DNA from: Planctomycetota bacterium | GTDB lineage: Bacteria; Planctomycetota; B15-G4 | Assembly: GCA_965248575.1 (NCBI GenBank) | Contig: CBDFJQ010000002.1 | Coordinates: forward strand, 1,152,001 to 1,216,000 | Direction: 5' to 3' | Length of the DNA stretch: 64,000 nt | In this document: one piece after another, positions 35,835 through 45,750 of the stretch | Position numbering within the stretch: the first letter of the stretch is position 1 | Layout: every line of letters begins with the position of its first letter | Made by a program: the position numbers and the translations under genes | The notes under the pieces: model-generated | What the model was told of the DNA's origin: nothing | Database searches by the model: none | Seen by the model: the letters and a program-made list of their open reading frames with translations, nothing else

Positions 35835-36862
35835 TGGACGAGCGGGCGGGCGACACTGTCGCTTCGGAGCGGGCCCCACGACCCACTGCGCATTTTGGTG
35901 TGATGGCCCTGCTGGAGGTCTTGCGCGCCCCCCTGTTGCTCTCCCCCTGTTCGGATGTGCTGGCCGGCTGGGCACTTGCAACCGCAGCGGGGCTCCGGGC
36001 CCCGACAGCTTCGGGCCAGCCCTCTTCATCCGCGACCTCGCTTGCGGTGGGCCTCGCTTGCGGGGTGCTGCTCCTGGCTGCAGGGATGGCGCAAAACGCT
36101 TTGGCGGACAGGCGCGACGACGAGCAGCGAAAGCCCGAGCGCCCCTTGCCTCGGGGTGCCGTCCGGCTCCAGACGGTGCGGCTGACGTTCGCTGCGTGCA
36201 CCCTCGCCGCGCTCGGCTTGAGCGCACTCGCTCCGGGTCTACCCTGGGTGGTGGCGAGCATCGTGGTGCTCACGGCCAGCTACCATTACGTGTTGAAGCC
36301 ACACCGCCTCGCCGGCTGCCTGGCCCTGGGCGGCCTGCGTGGGCTCGACATGCTGATCGGCGTGGCTGCCGCGGCAGGCGGCCTGGCCGTGTACGGCAAT
36401 GGCTTGGTGCAGAGGATGAGCTTTGGCGACCTCAGCACGATCTCTGCGTCGGGTTTTCCGCTCATCGGGTGCACCCTCTACGGCCTCTACATCGCCTCAG
36501 CCTCCCTGCACGCTTCCACCGATGACGCCGCGCCGGAACACCGCTCCAGCTTGCGCCCTTGGAGCACTCTCGGGCTGAGCCTCTGCGCGCTGTGCCTGAT
36601 CAGCTTCGGAGTCATCAGCGCACGCGCCATGGAACCTAGCCATGCAACACTCGCCAGCCTGCTCTTCGCCTACGCCCTCCTGCGCCTGGTCCGGGCCTGG
36701 CAGCGTTTGCCGCCTCCACCCCTGACCGGGGTCGCCCTGTCGACCATGTATCTCATCGGCGCCGGCCTGTGCCTGGGAACGGGCCAGCTTGTTGAAGGCG
36801 CCTTGGTCCTCGCCCTCTTCTGGGCTTCCAAGCGATTGATGCGGGTGTTCCCCCCGAGCTGA
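35834..36862 (+). CDS. UbiA-family prenyltransferase (EboC-like)
   Basis: LEVLRAP..DVLAG, QNALADRRDDEQRKPERPLPRG, GGLRGLDMLIG, multiple TM helices. Confidence 0.75.
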   Translation: MDERAGDTVASERAPRPTAHFGVMALLEVLRAPLLLSPCSDVLAGWALATAAGLRAPTASGQPSSSATSLAVGLACGVLLLAAGMAQNALADRRDDEQRKPERPLPRGAVRLQTVRLTFAACTLAALGLSALAPGLPWVVASIVVLTASYHYVLKPHRLAGCLALGGLRGLDMLIGVAAAAGGLAVYGNGLVQRMSFGDLSTISASGFPLIGCTLYGLYIASASLHASTDDAAPEHRSSLRPWSTLGLSLCALCLISFGVISARAMEPSHATLASLLFAYALLRLVRAWQRLPPPPLTGVALSTMYLIGAGLCLGTGQLVEGALVLALFWASKRLMRVFPPS

Positions 36863-36907
36863 GCAGCGGCTGTGTTGGCAGCTGTCCGAACGGCCGCGCA
36901 GGAACCC

Positions 36908-38251
36908 TCAGGAATCCTGCTGCTCGAGACACCGCCGCAGCCACTGCATGGCGGATTCCCGGTCGGGGAGCTGCCCTTCGAGCTGAAGGTCTGCCACCTC
37001 GCGCAGCAACCTACCCACCTCAGGCCCCGCAGGCACACCCAGGCTCAACACATCACGGCCCACGACCAGCGGCTCTGGAATCAGCGCTTCCTGTTCCAGC
37101 TGGGCATGCATGGCTTCGATGGCTGGCAAGGCGCTCAGCTGGCCGTGACAGGCCGCGCAGTCCGCCCGGTAGAGCTGCATCAACTCTTCAAAGTGCTCCT
37201 GGGCCATGAAGCGACGCAAGGTCGCGGCACGCATCTTGGGAACATTCATGAACTGAAGGTGGTCGTTCACCAGGGCCACCACACGGCGGGTCGAAACCTT
37301 GCTGAGTTTCAGCCGGGCACAGATGCCTTCGGCCATCTCCGCTCCGAGCTCCACGTGCCCGTCGAAGCGGATGCGGTCCGGACCGACCACGAAGGTGGGC
37401 GGCTTGCCCACATCGTGCAACAAGGTGCCGAGGCCCAGCTCGGGGCTGACGGTGGCGGGCCCCAGGGCTTCCATGGCCATGAGCGTGTGGATCCACACAT
37501 CCCCTTCGGGATGAAACTCCGGTGGTTGCTCCACCCCGTGCATGGCCGAGATCTCCGGCAGGATCAACGGCAGCAATTCGAGCTCGTCCAGCAATTCCAC
37601 TGCGCGACGTCTGCCGCCCGGCCCCAACATCTTGAACAGCTCCTCGCGCACTCGTTCCCCGGAGATCCGTTCCAAACCCGAGGCGCCCGCACGCATGGCC
37701 AGGGCCGTGCCGGCTTCGATCTGGAAGCCGAACATGCTTGCAAAACGCACACCGCGCAGCAGCCGGAGGCTGTCTTCCTGGAATCGTTGCGTGGGATCGC
37801 CGATGGCTCGCACGACCCCTGCCTCCAGGTCAGCGAGCCCGCCCACGAGGTCCTGGACCTCGCCCGTGAAAGGGTCCTCCACCAGGCCGTTGATGGTGAA
37901 GTCCCGTCGCTGGACATCCTGCTCCAGGCTGGCGGGCTCGATGCGTTCGGGATGACGCCCGTCTGCCATGCCGATGTCGGTTCGGAACGTGGCCACGTCA
38001 TAACCCACGCCACCCACGACGACCTTCACGACACCGAAAGACTCGCCCACGGGCACCGTGCGCTCGAACAAGGCCATGACCTCGGATGCAGAGGCCGAGC
38101 TGGCGATATCGATATCTCCACCCGAGCGCCCCAAGCGGGCGTCGCGAACCGCGCCCCCGGCAAAGACAACCTGGTGCCCCGCAGCGCTCAGCACGCGGGC
38201 GATCTGAACGGCATCCGCGCGCTTGTTTGGCTTGGGTGAGCTGGAACTCAT
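36908..38251 (-). CDS. cca: CCA-adding tRNA nucleotidyltransferase with HD domain
   Basis: AGGAVRD, DIDIA, ATFRTD..DGRHP flexible loop, RRDFTING, EDSLRLLR, HPEGDVWIHT, LLHDVGKP. Confidence 0.9.
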   Translation of the reverse strand: MSSSSPKPNKRADAVQIARVLSAAGHQVVFAGGAVRDARLGRSGGDIDIASSASASEVMALFERTVPVGESFGVVKVVVGGVGYDVATFRTDIGMADGRHPERIEPASLEQDVQRRDFTINGLVEDPFTGEVQDLVGGLADLEAGVVRAIGDPTQRFQEDSLRLLRGVRFASMFGFQIEAGTALAMRAGASGLERISGERVREELFKMLGPGGRRRAVELLDELELLPLILPEISAMHGVEQPPEFHPEGDVWIHTLMAMEALGPATVSPELGLGTLLHDVGKPPTFVVGPDRIRFDGHVELGAEMAEGICARLKLSKVSTRRVVALVNDHLQFMNVPKMRAATLRRFMAQEHFEELMQLYRADCAACHGQLSALPAIEAMHAQLEQEALIPEPLVVGRDVLSLGVPAGPEVGRLLREVADLQLEGQLPDRESAMQWLRRCLEQQDS

Positions 38252-38298
38252 CCGAACACACCCGCGGAAACAAGCTCTGCCATCGCGCGGCTGCTACC

Positions 38299-38889
38299 AT
38301 GCCGTTCCCTCTCGGAGGCACGGTCCCGGTGTCGCGTTTCTACGGAAGCTTGCTGCTCATCCTGCTGCTGGCCGGTGGCTTCGGACTGCGACATCGTTCG
38401 CTTCAACGCACCGCTCGCATCTTCGAGGGCGAGGCCCGTGCGGAAGCGCGTCTGCAGGACCTGGCAGGAACGTTCCAGCGGGAGTTTCAAGCGGACGTCT
38501 CCCCTGCCAAGCGCCTGGCCAGCCTGGGCAGGCAAGTGGGGCTCACACCGCTGCAGGGCACGGGGGACGACAGCAGCGCCTTTGCCCAAGACAACTTCTA
38601 CGTCTACGGGCTTGGGTTGACGAGCGTCGTCGACAGCAAGACCGGCCGGCACCGGCCCTCCTGGGCCCTGCGCGCCTGGCCTCGCCAGTTTGGAGTGACC
38701 GGCGACCTTGAGTATCACGTCAACGACCGAGGCGTGCTCTGGCATGGACAGAATGAGGTCGGGCGCAGCGGCACGGATGCGGGCTTCCCGCCCAGCTTCT
38801 CCAAGCGCGAATTCGAGGACTCGAAACAGAAGTCCTGGTGGCGTCCCGATCGCGGCCTGACCGACGACACCGACAGCAATCACAAGTAG
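38299..38889 (+). CDS. Membrane-anchored hypothetical protein, DUF2950/pilin-like C-terminus
   Basis: N-terminal TM, then WALRAWPRQFGVTGDLEYHVNDRGVLW resembling the AWP..YG.TG...F.V...G motif. Start 38299 or GTG 38329. Confidence 0.55.
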   Translation: MPFPLGGTVPVSRFYGSLLLILLLAGGFGLRHRSLQRTARIFEGEARAEARLQDLAGTFQREFQADVSPAKRLASLGRQVGLTPLQGTGDDSSAFAQDNFYVYGLGLTSVVDSKTGRHRPSWALRAWPRQFGVTGDLEYHVNDRGVLWHGQNEVGRSGTDAGFPPSFSKREFEDSKQKSWWRPDRGLTDDTDSNHK

Positions 38890-40544
38890 TTCCAGAACAA
38901 GAGATAGGAGCGCTGCCGGACACGCTCATCGTTGGAAGCCGTGGCAACGCGCCGCAGGGCTCCCGCACGATCCCCGCCCACGACCCGCACCAGGGAGTCC
39001 AGGGCGTGCTGGCGCACGACGGGGTCGAGGCCTTCGTTCGCAGCGATCTGCTCCAGCAGCGGGACCGCCCCTGCCCCCCCGATTTGCGAGGCCACGAACA
39101 CGAACAGCCCCGCGCCCCGGTCGGTGTCTACGGATCGGGCTAGGAGCTGCAGGGCAGGATCCCCCACCTTCACCAGCTGATTGATCAGTTCGAGGGAGGA
39201 GCCCCCCTCCGTGGCGTCGCTGACGAGGCGAACCAGCAGTTCGGCGCCACGCAGCGGATCGATCCCCGCGAGCAACCGACACAGAAGCAGCCGGTCCATC
39301 GGGAGTAGATCCGGCTGGGAAAGGCGGTCGAACGCCAGGTCGGCAAAGGGGGCCCCCAGCTTGCCGCCGGCCCGCTCGATGCGTTCGACCGTCTGGCTGA
39401 GGTAGGGGCCGCTGGCCGACTGCAGCTCGGCACGGGTGCGCTCCACGCCCCAGGGGTGCCCCATGGCGAACAGCAGATCCAGGGACTCGACTTGCGAGGA
39501 GTGGGTCGGGTCCTGGGCCATGCGCTCAATGAGTTCCACCGCCTCCGGCGCCCCCTCATGCCCCGAGTTGATGGCCAGATCCAAGACGGCCAAGAGCAAC
39601 AAACAAGGTGTGCGCTGACCGACCTCGACCAGATCCCGCCAATGGCTCTGGCCCACGACCTGCCGGGAGTTCGCCGCCATGTGCAGCGCGTTGATCCGCG
39701 TCGCCATGTCGTCGCTGCCCATCATCGACTCGAGCTGGGATGTGGCCTCTGCGTCCCCCAGCGAGACCAGCACCCCCAGAGCCGTCACGCTGTTGGAATA
39801 GGAGCTCAGCTCTTCGATCCGGCGCAGCGCGGACAGGACTCGCCCGTTGGCCTCAACGTCCTCCAGGGCCCGGATGTAGCGCAGCTCGGGCAAGTGCGGC
39901 TGCAACTCCATGTCCTCCAACATGTAGGCCAGGGCCTCCTCATCCCCCCGACGGACCCGGGACACGAGGGCCTTTCGCGCCACATCCCGCACTTCCAGGT
40001 CCTCGTCCCGGCGGCGCTCGAGAATGGCACCCAGGGCCTCCTGGGAGCGGTGTTCCCCCAAGGCCTTGAGCGCTGCCTTCGCCACCAGGCCACTGGGAGA
40101 AAGCGCCCGGCGCGTCAGCTCCTCCACCACACCCGGGGTGTTTTCACCGTCGTGGACCAGCAGAGCCACGAGCTTCGAGATGTGGATGATGTCGTGATCC
40201 GGCAGGGCGTCCAGGCGCGAGAGCACCTCCTGGGCGAATCCCGTCCCATGGGCCTCCAAGGCCCGGATCGAGGCCCGGATCGAGTCGTGGCTGCCCCAGG
40301 AGACGCGGTCCAGCGAACGCAGGACCTCGTCCTGGCCCCCCCTCTGCTTCACCCAGGACGGAGGATCCAGCAATTCCAGGCGCGGAAGGCCTTGGAGGGC
40401 CCCCGCCACATCGGCCCCCATGGCCGTGGATCCTGGCAGCAGGAAGGCGCCGCTGGGCCCCACCCCTGAGTCCCGTTTGGGCATCAGGAACACGAGCCCA
40501 AGCAGGAGCGCGATGACGAAGGCTGGGATCAGGGAGGTGCGCAT
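38880..40544 (-). CDS. Membrane-anchored HEAT-repeat protein
   Basis: N-terminal TM. AALKALG, EVRDVARKAL, VRQHALDSL helical repeats. Confidence 0.75.
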   Translation of the reverse strand: MRTSLIPAFVIALLLGLVFLMPKRDSGVGPSGAFLLPGSTAMGADVAGALQGLPRLELLDPPSWVKQRGGQDEVLRSLDRVSWGSHDSIRASIRALEAHGTGFAQEVLSRLDALPDHDIIHISKLVALLVHDGENTPGVVEELTRRALSPSGLVAKAALKALGEHRSQEALGAILERRRDEDLEVRDVARKALVSRVRRGDEEALAYMLEDMELQPHLPELRYIRALEDVEANGRVLSALRRIEELSSYSNSVTALGVLVSLGDAEATSQLESMMGSDDMATRINALHMAANSRQVVGQSHWRDLVEVGQRTPCLLLLAVLDLAINSGHEGAPEAVELIERMAQDPTHSSQVESLDLLFAMGHPWGVERTRAELQSASGPYLSQTVERIERAGGKLGAPFADLAFDRLSQPDLLPMDRLLLCRLLAGIDPLRGAELLVRLVSDATEGGSSLELINQLVKVGDPALQLLARSVDTDRGAGLFVFVASQIGGAGAVPLLEQIAANEGLDPVVRQHALDSLVRVVGGDRAGALRRVATASNDERVRQRSYLLFWNYL

Positions 40545-40682
40545 GGCATGACTGGAGGGGAGATCGGTCAGTGTAGCGTCGGGGCCACCCCCGTTGCCTC
40601 AGCAGACTCCTGGTGTATCCCTACTTTGACACTCCCCGGGGGCCTTGATACTTTCGTGCCCCCCGAAACAGAGGATGACGAC

Positions 40683-40913
40683 ATGATTCCCAAGTTGGTC
40701 CGCCGTTCCGCAGTCGCGCTCGCCCTTCTCGCGTTCACGACGGGATGCCTGACGCCGTTCTCCGATCACGGCCAGGATGTGCGCGATGCCTGGGCCCGCA
40801 AGGGCAACAATGCGCACCGCCGCTGGGACAAGTACATCCTCGATCTCGACTGGGATGATCCTCGCATCGACTGGGCAGACGAGTCGTACGCGACGGGCCC
40901 GATGCACCGCTGA
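40683..40913 (+). CDS. Small lipoprotein (76 aa)
   Basis: GAGGA RBS. MIPKLVRRSAVALALLAFTTGC lipobox and Trp/Asp-rich mature part. Confidence 0.75.
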   Translation: MIPKLVRRSAVALALLAFTTGCLTPFSDHGQDVRDAWARKGNNAHRRWDKYILDLDWDDPRIDWADESYATGPMHR

Positions 40914-40957
40914 GACCTGGGCCGCTAAGAGGCCTCTCTCAGCCCGAACAGGTGCCC

Positions 40958-42139
40958 ATGCCCCTCAGCAGCAACAGCCTGCGGCTTGCGCTACCGCTCC
41001 TCTGTCTGTGTGCCCTGCTTCAGCAGAGCTGCGGAAGTGCCAGTCGAGCTCGCTTTGCCAGTCTTGAGCTGGCGAAGAGCGGAGGGGCTCCGGAGGCGCT
41101 TGCAGGGGTGCGGTCCTCCGACCCTCTGATCCCTGGCATCTGGGGCTACTCCGCCATGGGCGTCGCTCGCGACCCCGCGGCCGCTCTCGAGTTCGTGAAC
41201 CGAGGCCTCAAGCATCAGCCTCGGGATGCGCAGTTGCTGCTGTTCAAGGCGGACCTGACGGGACGCACGGGCGACGAGCCAGCACTCTGGGCCGTGCTCG
41301 ATGACGCCCTGGCCGGCATGCCTGCCGCAAACGTCGAGGCCTGGCTGCGGTCGGCACGCGTGCGCGCCCATCTGGCGACGGACGATCTGGACGCGGCAGA
41401 GGAGGAGATCCTGCGCTTGGGAGGCCTCAGCTCCGCGGCCCCCGCCATGCTCGCCAGCAGCTGGGCTCTGCTCGCCCTGGGAGCAGAATCGCTCGGCATG
41501 CGCGAGCGAGCCAATGCCGCCATGGACCTCAGCCTCGACCGGGGCCCCGGCGCGAGAAACGCCCTGCAAGAAGGCACGAGCCTCCGGCCCGAGCGCCAGG
41601 CCGCTGGCCGGTCCTTGATTCGGCGCACGTCTGAGCGACATCCCGGCCAGACCGACATGGCCCTGGCCCAGGCGGTCGAACTGATGATCGCTGAGCGCTA
41701 CGCCGACTGCGAAGTAGCCCTGGCTGCGTTGCCGGTGCCTGTTCCCGCGCGGCTGGCCTCCGAGATCTTTGCTGTCCACTCCCGCGTCGTGCTGCTTCAG
41801 GGCAGGACCGAGGAGGGCTTGGCGGTCTTGCGCGATCAGCTGCGGCGAGACCCCACCAACGGCTTCGCCATCGATGTGTTGCTGGAAGCCTGGATCCAGC
41901 GCTCCGAACTCAGCGACCAGGAGATGGCAGGCCTGCTCGACCGCTCGTGGCGCGCGTTGCGCTCCCGGGGGGGCTCCCCTCGCGCCTCGGCCGTGTTCGC
42001 CAAGGTGGAAGCCGCTCTGCAGGAGATTCACAAACGCCTCGAGACTGAGCGCAAGACGGCAGAGGACGCCGCCCAAAAGGCCCTCGCTCCGGAAACAGGC
42101 CCCCCGGGCCCGCCGACGACCGCGCCAGACGCCCGCTAG
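40958..42139 (+). CDS. TPR-like putative lipoprotein
   Basis: Hydrophobic leader ending LLQQSC, helical repeats. Confidence 0.65.
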   Translation: MPLSSNSLRLALPLLCLCALLQQSCGSASRARFASLELAKSGGAPEALAGVRSSDPLIPGIWGYSAMGVARDPAAALEFVNRGLKHQPRDAQLLLFKADLTGRTGDEPALWAVLDDALAGMPAANVEAWLRSARVRAHLATDDLDAAEEEILRLGGLSSAAPAMLASSWALLALGAESLGMRERANAAMDLSLDRGPGARNALQEGTSLRPERQAAGRSLIRRTSERHPGQTDMALAQAVELMIAERYADCEVALAALPVPVPARLASEIFAVHSRVVLLQGRTEEGLAVLRDQLRRDPTNGFAIDVLLEAWIQRSELSDQEMAGLLDRSWRALRSRGGSPRASAVFAKVEAALQEIHKRLETERKTAEDAAQKALAPETGPPGPPTTAPDAR

Positions 42140-42155
42140 GTGCCGCCCGGTGGGC

Positions 42156-43070
42156 TCAGCCCAGCGCCGCCTGCACCCGGTCCACGACCGATTCCTGTGC
42201 CTCGCCTGGGGCGACATCCACCCAGCGCAGGTCCGGGAAACTCGCAAGGAAGATGCGCTGCCGGCGCACCAGCTGCCGCGTCCGGATCATGACGCGTTCT
42301 TCGGCGTCTTCGCGGCTCATGCTCCCGTCCAGCAGCGCCATGGCCTCGGCATAGCCGATGGAGCGCCCCGCCTCGGGTGCGAAATCGGCTCGCGCCCGCA
42401 GCGTCTCCACTTCCTCGAGCAGCCCGCCCTGGAACATGGCCGAGACCCGCTCGCGCACCCGGTCCTGGTGCGCCTCCGCCTGATGACGCAGAGCCACCGC
42501 CTGGAAGCGGCCCTCGATCGGGCGCCGCGTCTCCTCCTTCTGCCAATCCGAAAGCGGGCGTCCCGTGAGCCGGTGGACCTCGAGCCCACGCATGAGACGC
42601 TTCTTGTCGCCCGGAAAAAGCCGAGCCTCCAACACGGGGTCCACCTCGGCAAGCAAGGCCCGAAAGTGCGCCTCGCCCTGCTCTTTCCAGAGTTGTTCGA
42701 ACTCCTCCCGCAATCCCACATCGGGCGGCGGCCCCGGGAACATGCCCTGCAACAACAGCCGCAGATAGAGTGGCGTGCCTCCGGCAAAGAGCACGGGCTG
42801 ATGGGACAACGACGTCTCGCGCACGGCATCCTCGACCCAACGGCCTGCGGAGTAGATCTCGTCATGGCCAACCAGGTCGAGCAACCCCCAACCCAACTCG
42901 TCCACGAGCGCGGCGGGTGGCTTGTCCGTGCCGATGTCCATCCCCCGATAGACCTTCATCGAGTCCATGGAGAGCGGACGCCACCCGTGTCGACGACAGA
43001 GCGCCGCCGCGACGGTCTTCTTGCCGCTGGCCGTGCCCCCGACGAGGACTCGGTGCTTCAGCTCGCGCAC
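42156..43070 (-). CDS. miaA: tRNA dimethylallyltransferase
   Basis: GGTASGK, SMDSMKVYRGMDIGTDKP, GGTPLY, RGLEV, SIGYAE, TRQLVRRQ. Confidence 0.95.
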   Translation of the reverse strand: MRELKHRVLVGGTASGKKTVAAALCRRHGWRPLSMDSMKVYRGMDIGTDKPPAALVDELGWGLLDLVGHDEIYSAGRWVEDAVRETSLSHQPVLFAGGTPLYLRLLLQGMFPGPPPDVGLREEFEQLWKEQGEAHFRALLAEVDPVLEARLFPGDKKRLMRGLEVHRLTGRPLSDWQKEETRRPIEGRFQAVALRHQAEAHQDRVRERVSAMFQGGLLEEVETLRARADFAPEAGRSIGYAEAMALLDGSMSREDAEERVMIRTRQLVRRQRIFLASFPDLRWVDVAPGEAQESVVDRVQAALG

Positions 43071-44341
43071 GGCCTCACCACGGAGACGGCCAGCGCATCG
43101 TCTCGGAAGTGCTCCGCCAAGCGCCGGTCCAGTTCGTCTCCGGTGATCTGCTCGACAAGCTCCAGGGCCGCGTAGGGACTCAAACCGTGGAAATGTTCCG
43201 AGAGCATTCCGAAGGCTACGTTCTCAGGGGAATCCAGCGAGCGCATGAGCTGGCCGTGGATCTTGCGCCGTACCCGCTCGAGGGCCGCACTCCCCACCCC
43301 GTCTCGGCGAGCGTCCTTGATCACGTCCCGCAATCGCTGCTCGAGCTTCTCCGGCTCGTCCGTGTCCCCACCCATGGTGGTGAATCCGAAACCTGACTCA
43401 CCGGAATAGGACGCAGAGAAACTCTCATCCACCAAACCGTCGGCGTACATCGATTCGAAGGTCGGGCTCGCCCGTCCCAACAGCGCGTCCAGGACGATCC
43501 GTGTGGAAAGTTGACGCCGCGCCACTTCGAGCGGGGCCCCCCCCAGAACCGTTTCCTTCACACCCAACAAGAGTCGCGGCCGGGACACCGACAGCTCCTC
43601 CTCGTGCCGATCACTGACGGGCAGCAAGGACTCCGCAGGCGAGACGCCGCGCACATGGGGCTCCCGGTCATCGACGGGGCGTTCGCCCTGATCGCGTTCC
43701 ACGACATCCCTCACCATCTCCGGATCGATGGCGCCCGAAAGGGAGAGGCACATGTTGCGCGGGTGGTAGAACAACTCGTAGCAACGTTGCAGCGTGGCGG
43801 CATCGATTTTCGCGATGGACTCCACGCTGCCGGCGATGTTTTCGCGCACGGGATGCTCGGAGTAGAGACAGCGCAGCAGCCCGAAGAAGATCCGCCAATC
43901 GGGATCGTCGTCGTACATGCGGATCTCCTGGGCGATGATCCCCTGCTCCTTCTGCACCAGTTCGTCCGTGAACCACGGGTCCTGGACGAACGAGAGCAGG
44001 AGCTCAAGGCACGCCTGCACCTGGTCGGCCGTCGAGAAGATGTAGGTGGTCCCACAGAAGCCCGTCATGGCGTTGGTCGAAGCACCCAGCGCGCTGAAGC
44101 GATCCGAGACATCGCCCCGCTGATCCTCGAACAGCTTGTGCTCCAGGAAATGCGCCAGACCTTCGGGCAACGGCTGCCCCTGGCCGTCCGCCACGCGGTC
44201 CACGGAGCCGAAGTTGGTCCCCAGGGCTCCGAACGCTCCCACATAGCCCGGCCGCGGGTTCACCAGGACCCGCAGGCCCCGGCTCGACACTCCACTCAGG
44301 ATGGGTTCGGAGAGACTGTTGGGTAGGGATTCCAGCTTCAT
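43058..44341 (-). CDS. M16 peptidase, catalytic subunit (YmfH-like)
   Basis: PEGLAHFLEHKLFE (HxxEH), NAMT, KEQGIIAQEIRMYDDDPDW, FYHPRNM. Confidence 0.9.
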   Translation of the reverse strand: MKLESLPNSLSEPILSGVSSRGLRVLVNPRPGYVGAFGALGTNFGSVDRVADGQGQPLPEGLAHFLEHKLFEDQRGDVSDRFSALGASTNAMTGFCGTTYIFSTADQVQACLELLLSFVQDPWFTDELVQKEQGIIAQEIRMYDDDPDWRIFFGLLRCLYSEHPVRENIAGSVESIAKIDAATLQRCYELFYHPRNMCLSLSGAIDPEMVRDVVERDQGERPVDDREPHVRGVSPAESLLPVSDRHEEELSVSRPRLLLGVKETVLGGAPLEVARRQLSTRIVLDALLGRASPTFESMYADGLVDESFSASYSGESGFGFTTMGGDTDEPEKLEQRLRDVIKDARRDGVGSAALERVRRKIHGQLMRSLDSPENVAFGMLSEHFHGLSPYAALELVEQITGDELDRRLAEHFRDDALAVSVVRPCAS

Positions 44342-45642
44342 GACAAGGTACCCCGCAAGACGAACACCGAATCCAAGACACACTCCGCGGCCACGGCCGC
44401 CACATCTTCGGGCGTCACGGCGAAGAGCTGCTCGAGAGCCTCTTCCGCGCTGGTCGCGCGGCCGCTCATGAGCCCCGTCAGCCGGAAGCCCATGGTCGCC
44501 GCCGGCGAGTCGGCCAAGGCGCGGAGGCGACGCTTCTGGGCCCGCACCGACAGGCTGAACTCCTCTTCGCTCACGCCGTCCCGGGCCAGGGTTTCGAGCT
44601 CTTCACAGACGAGTTCCCGGACGCGGTCCACGTTTTCGTGGTCGACGCCGGCCTGGACGACCAGGGTTCCGCTGTCGAGCACCGCCGAAGAGCCACAGCC
44701 GTACGCCAAGCTCTCGGCCTCGCGGACACGCTTGAAGAGGCGCGAATGGGAGCCGCCGCCGAGCACCAACGAAGCGAGCTTGCAAGCCGCCCCTGAAAGA
44801 CGTTTGGGGGGCAAGCGAAAGCCCATGGCGAGGCGACTCTGGGCCAGGGGCTGCGCTTCCTCCACCTCGCGCACCGGTCGTTCAGGAGGATCGGGGATGG
44901 GCACCGGCTCGCCGGGGGCACTCCGGGTCTCGACGCCTGAGAGTCGCGCTGCGGTCTCGAACGCCTGCTCCGGGCTCACGTCCCCCACGATCATCAGCCG
45001 GACGGGTGCCTGGGTGCGGACGTGATCCCAGGCCTCATGGATGTCAGCTTCCGTCAGGGCCCGGGCCTCCTCAGCGCTGCCCCAGGAGTGCCGGGCATAG
45101 TGCGTGCCCTCGTGCATCGTCTCCATCAGGCGCCGATAGGTGTGCAGGGGCTTGTCGTCGGCCAGAGACTCGATGGCCCGGGCCAGGTTGGTCTGCTCCT
45201 GAAGCACATGCTCCTTCCGGAAGCGCTCGTCCACCAGGGGCGGCCGGTGCAGGACCTCCTCCAGCAGGGCTGTCACCCGTGAAAAGAGGGGGCCATCGAA
45301 AGAGTGCCGATCCGCGATGGTCTCCACCCCGAAGCGCAGCAGCTGCCGAGAGCCGTGGGCCGTCACAGCCGCCAGCAGCTCGGTGTTGTAGAGCTCTTCA
45401 CAGCGCGCCGAGAGAGCCGAAAGCTCCGGATAACTGGCGGTGCCGCGCGTGATCAGGTCCGGCAGAAGGGCCCGGGCCGTGCGTCCCTGATCCAGCGGCG
45501 CCTCGACCAGCCAATGCAGGTGAACCGTCTTGAATCGGGTGGTTTGCTGCAGATGGACCTCCACCCCACCCGTGGAGGAACCGGGGCCAGAGCCCTGGGA
45601 GACACCGGGAGCGGCAAGCAGGCCGAGAGAAGCTTCAGACAT
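44338..45642 (-). CDS. M16 peptidase, non-catalytic subunit (YmfF-like)
   Basis: TTRFKT, RALLPDL, EELY, QSRLAMGF, LGGGSHSRLFKRVREAESLAY. No HxxEH. Confidence 0.88.
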   Translation of the reverse strand: MSEASLGLLAAPGVSQGSGPGSSTGGVEVHLQQTTRFKTVHLHWLVEAPLDQGRTARALLPDLITRGTASYPELSALSARCEELYNTELLAAVTAHGSRQLLRFGVETIADRHSFDGPLFSRVTALLEEVLHRPPLVDERFRKEHVLQEQTNLARAIESLADDKPLHTYRRLMETMHEGTHYARHSWGSAEEARALTEADIHEAWDHVRTQAPVRLMIVGDVSPEQAFETAARLSGVETRSAPGEPVPIPDPPERPVREVEEAQPLAQSRLAMGFRLPPKRLSGAACKLASLVLGGGSHSRLFKRVREAESLAYGCGSSAVLDSGTLVVQAGVDHENVDRVRELVCEELETLARDGVSEEEFSLSVRAQKRRLRALADSPAATMGFRLTGLMSGRATSAEEALEQLFAVTPEDVAAVAAECVLDSVFVLRGTLS

Positions 45643-45750
45643 GGAGGATTCCGTACTGATCGGGGATCGCGGACGATAGCGGAACAGCCCGTCTCAGACG
45701 AGGTGGGATTGCTCGTTGCCCCAGGCAGTCTGGAGCGCATAATCCCTGCC

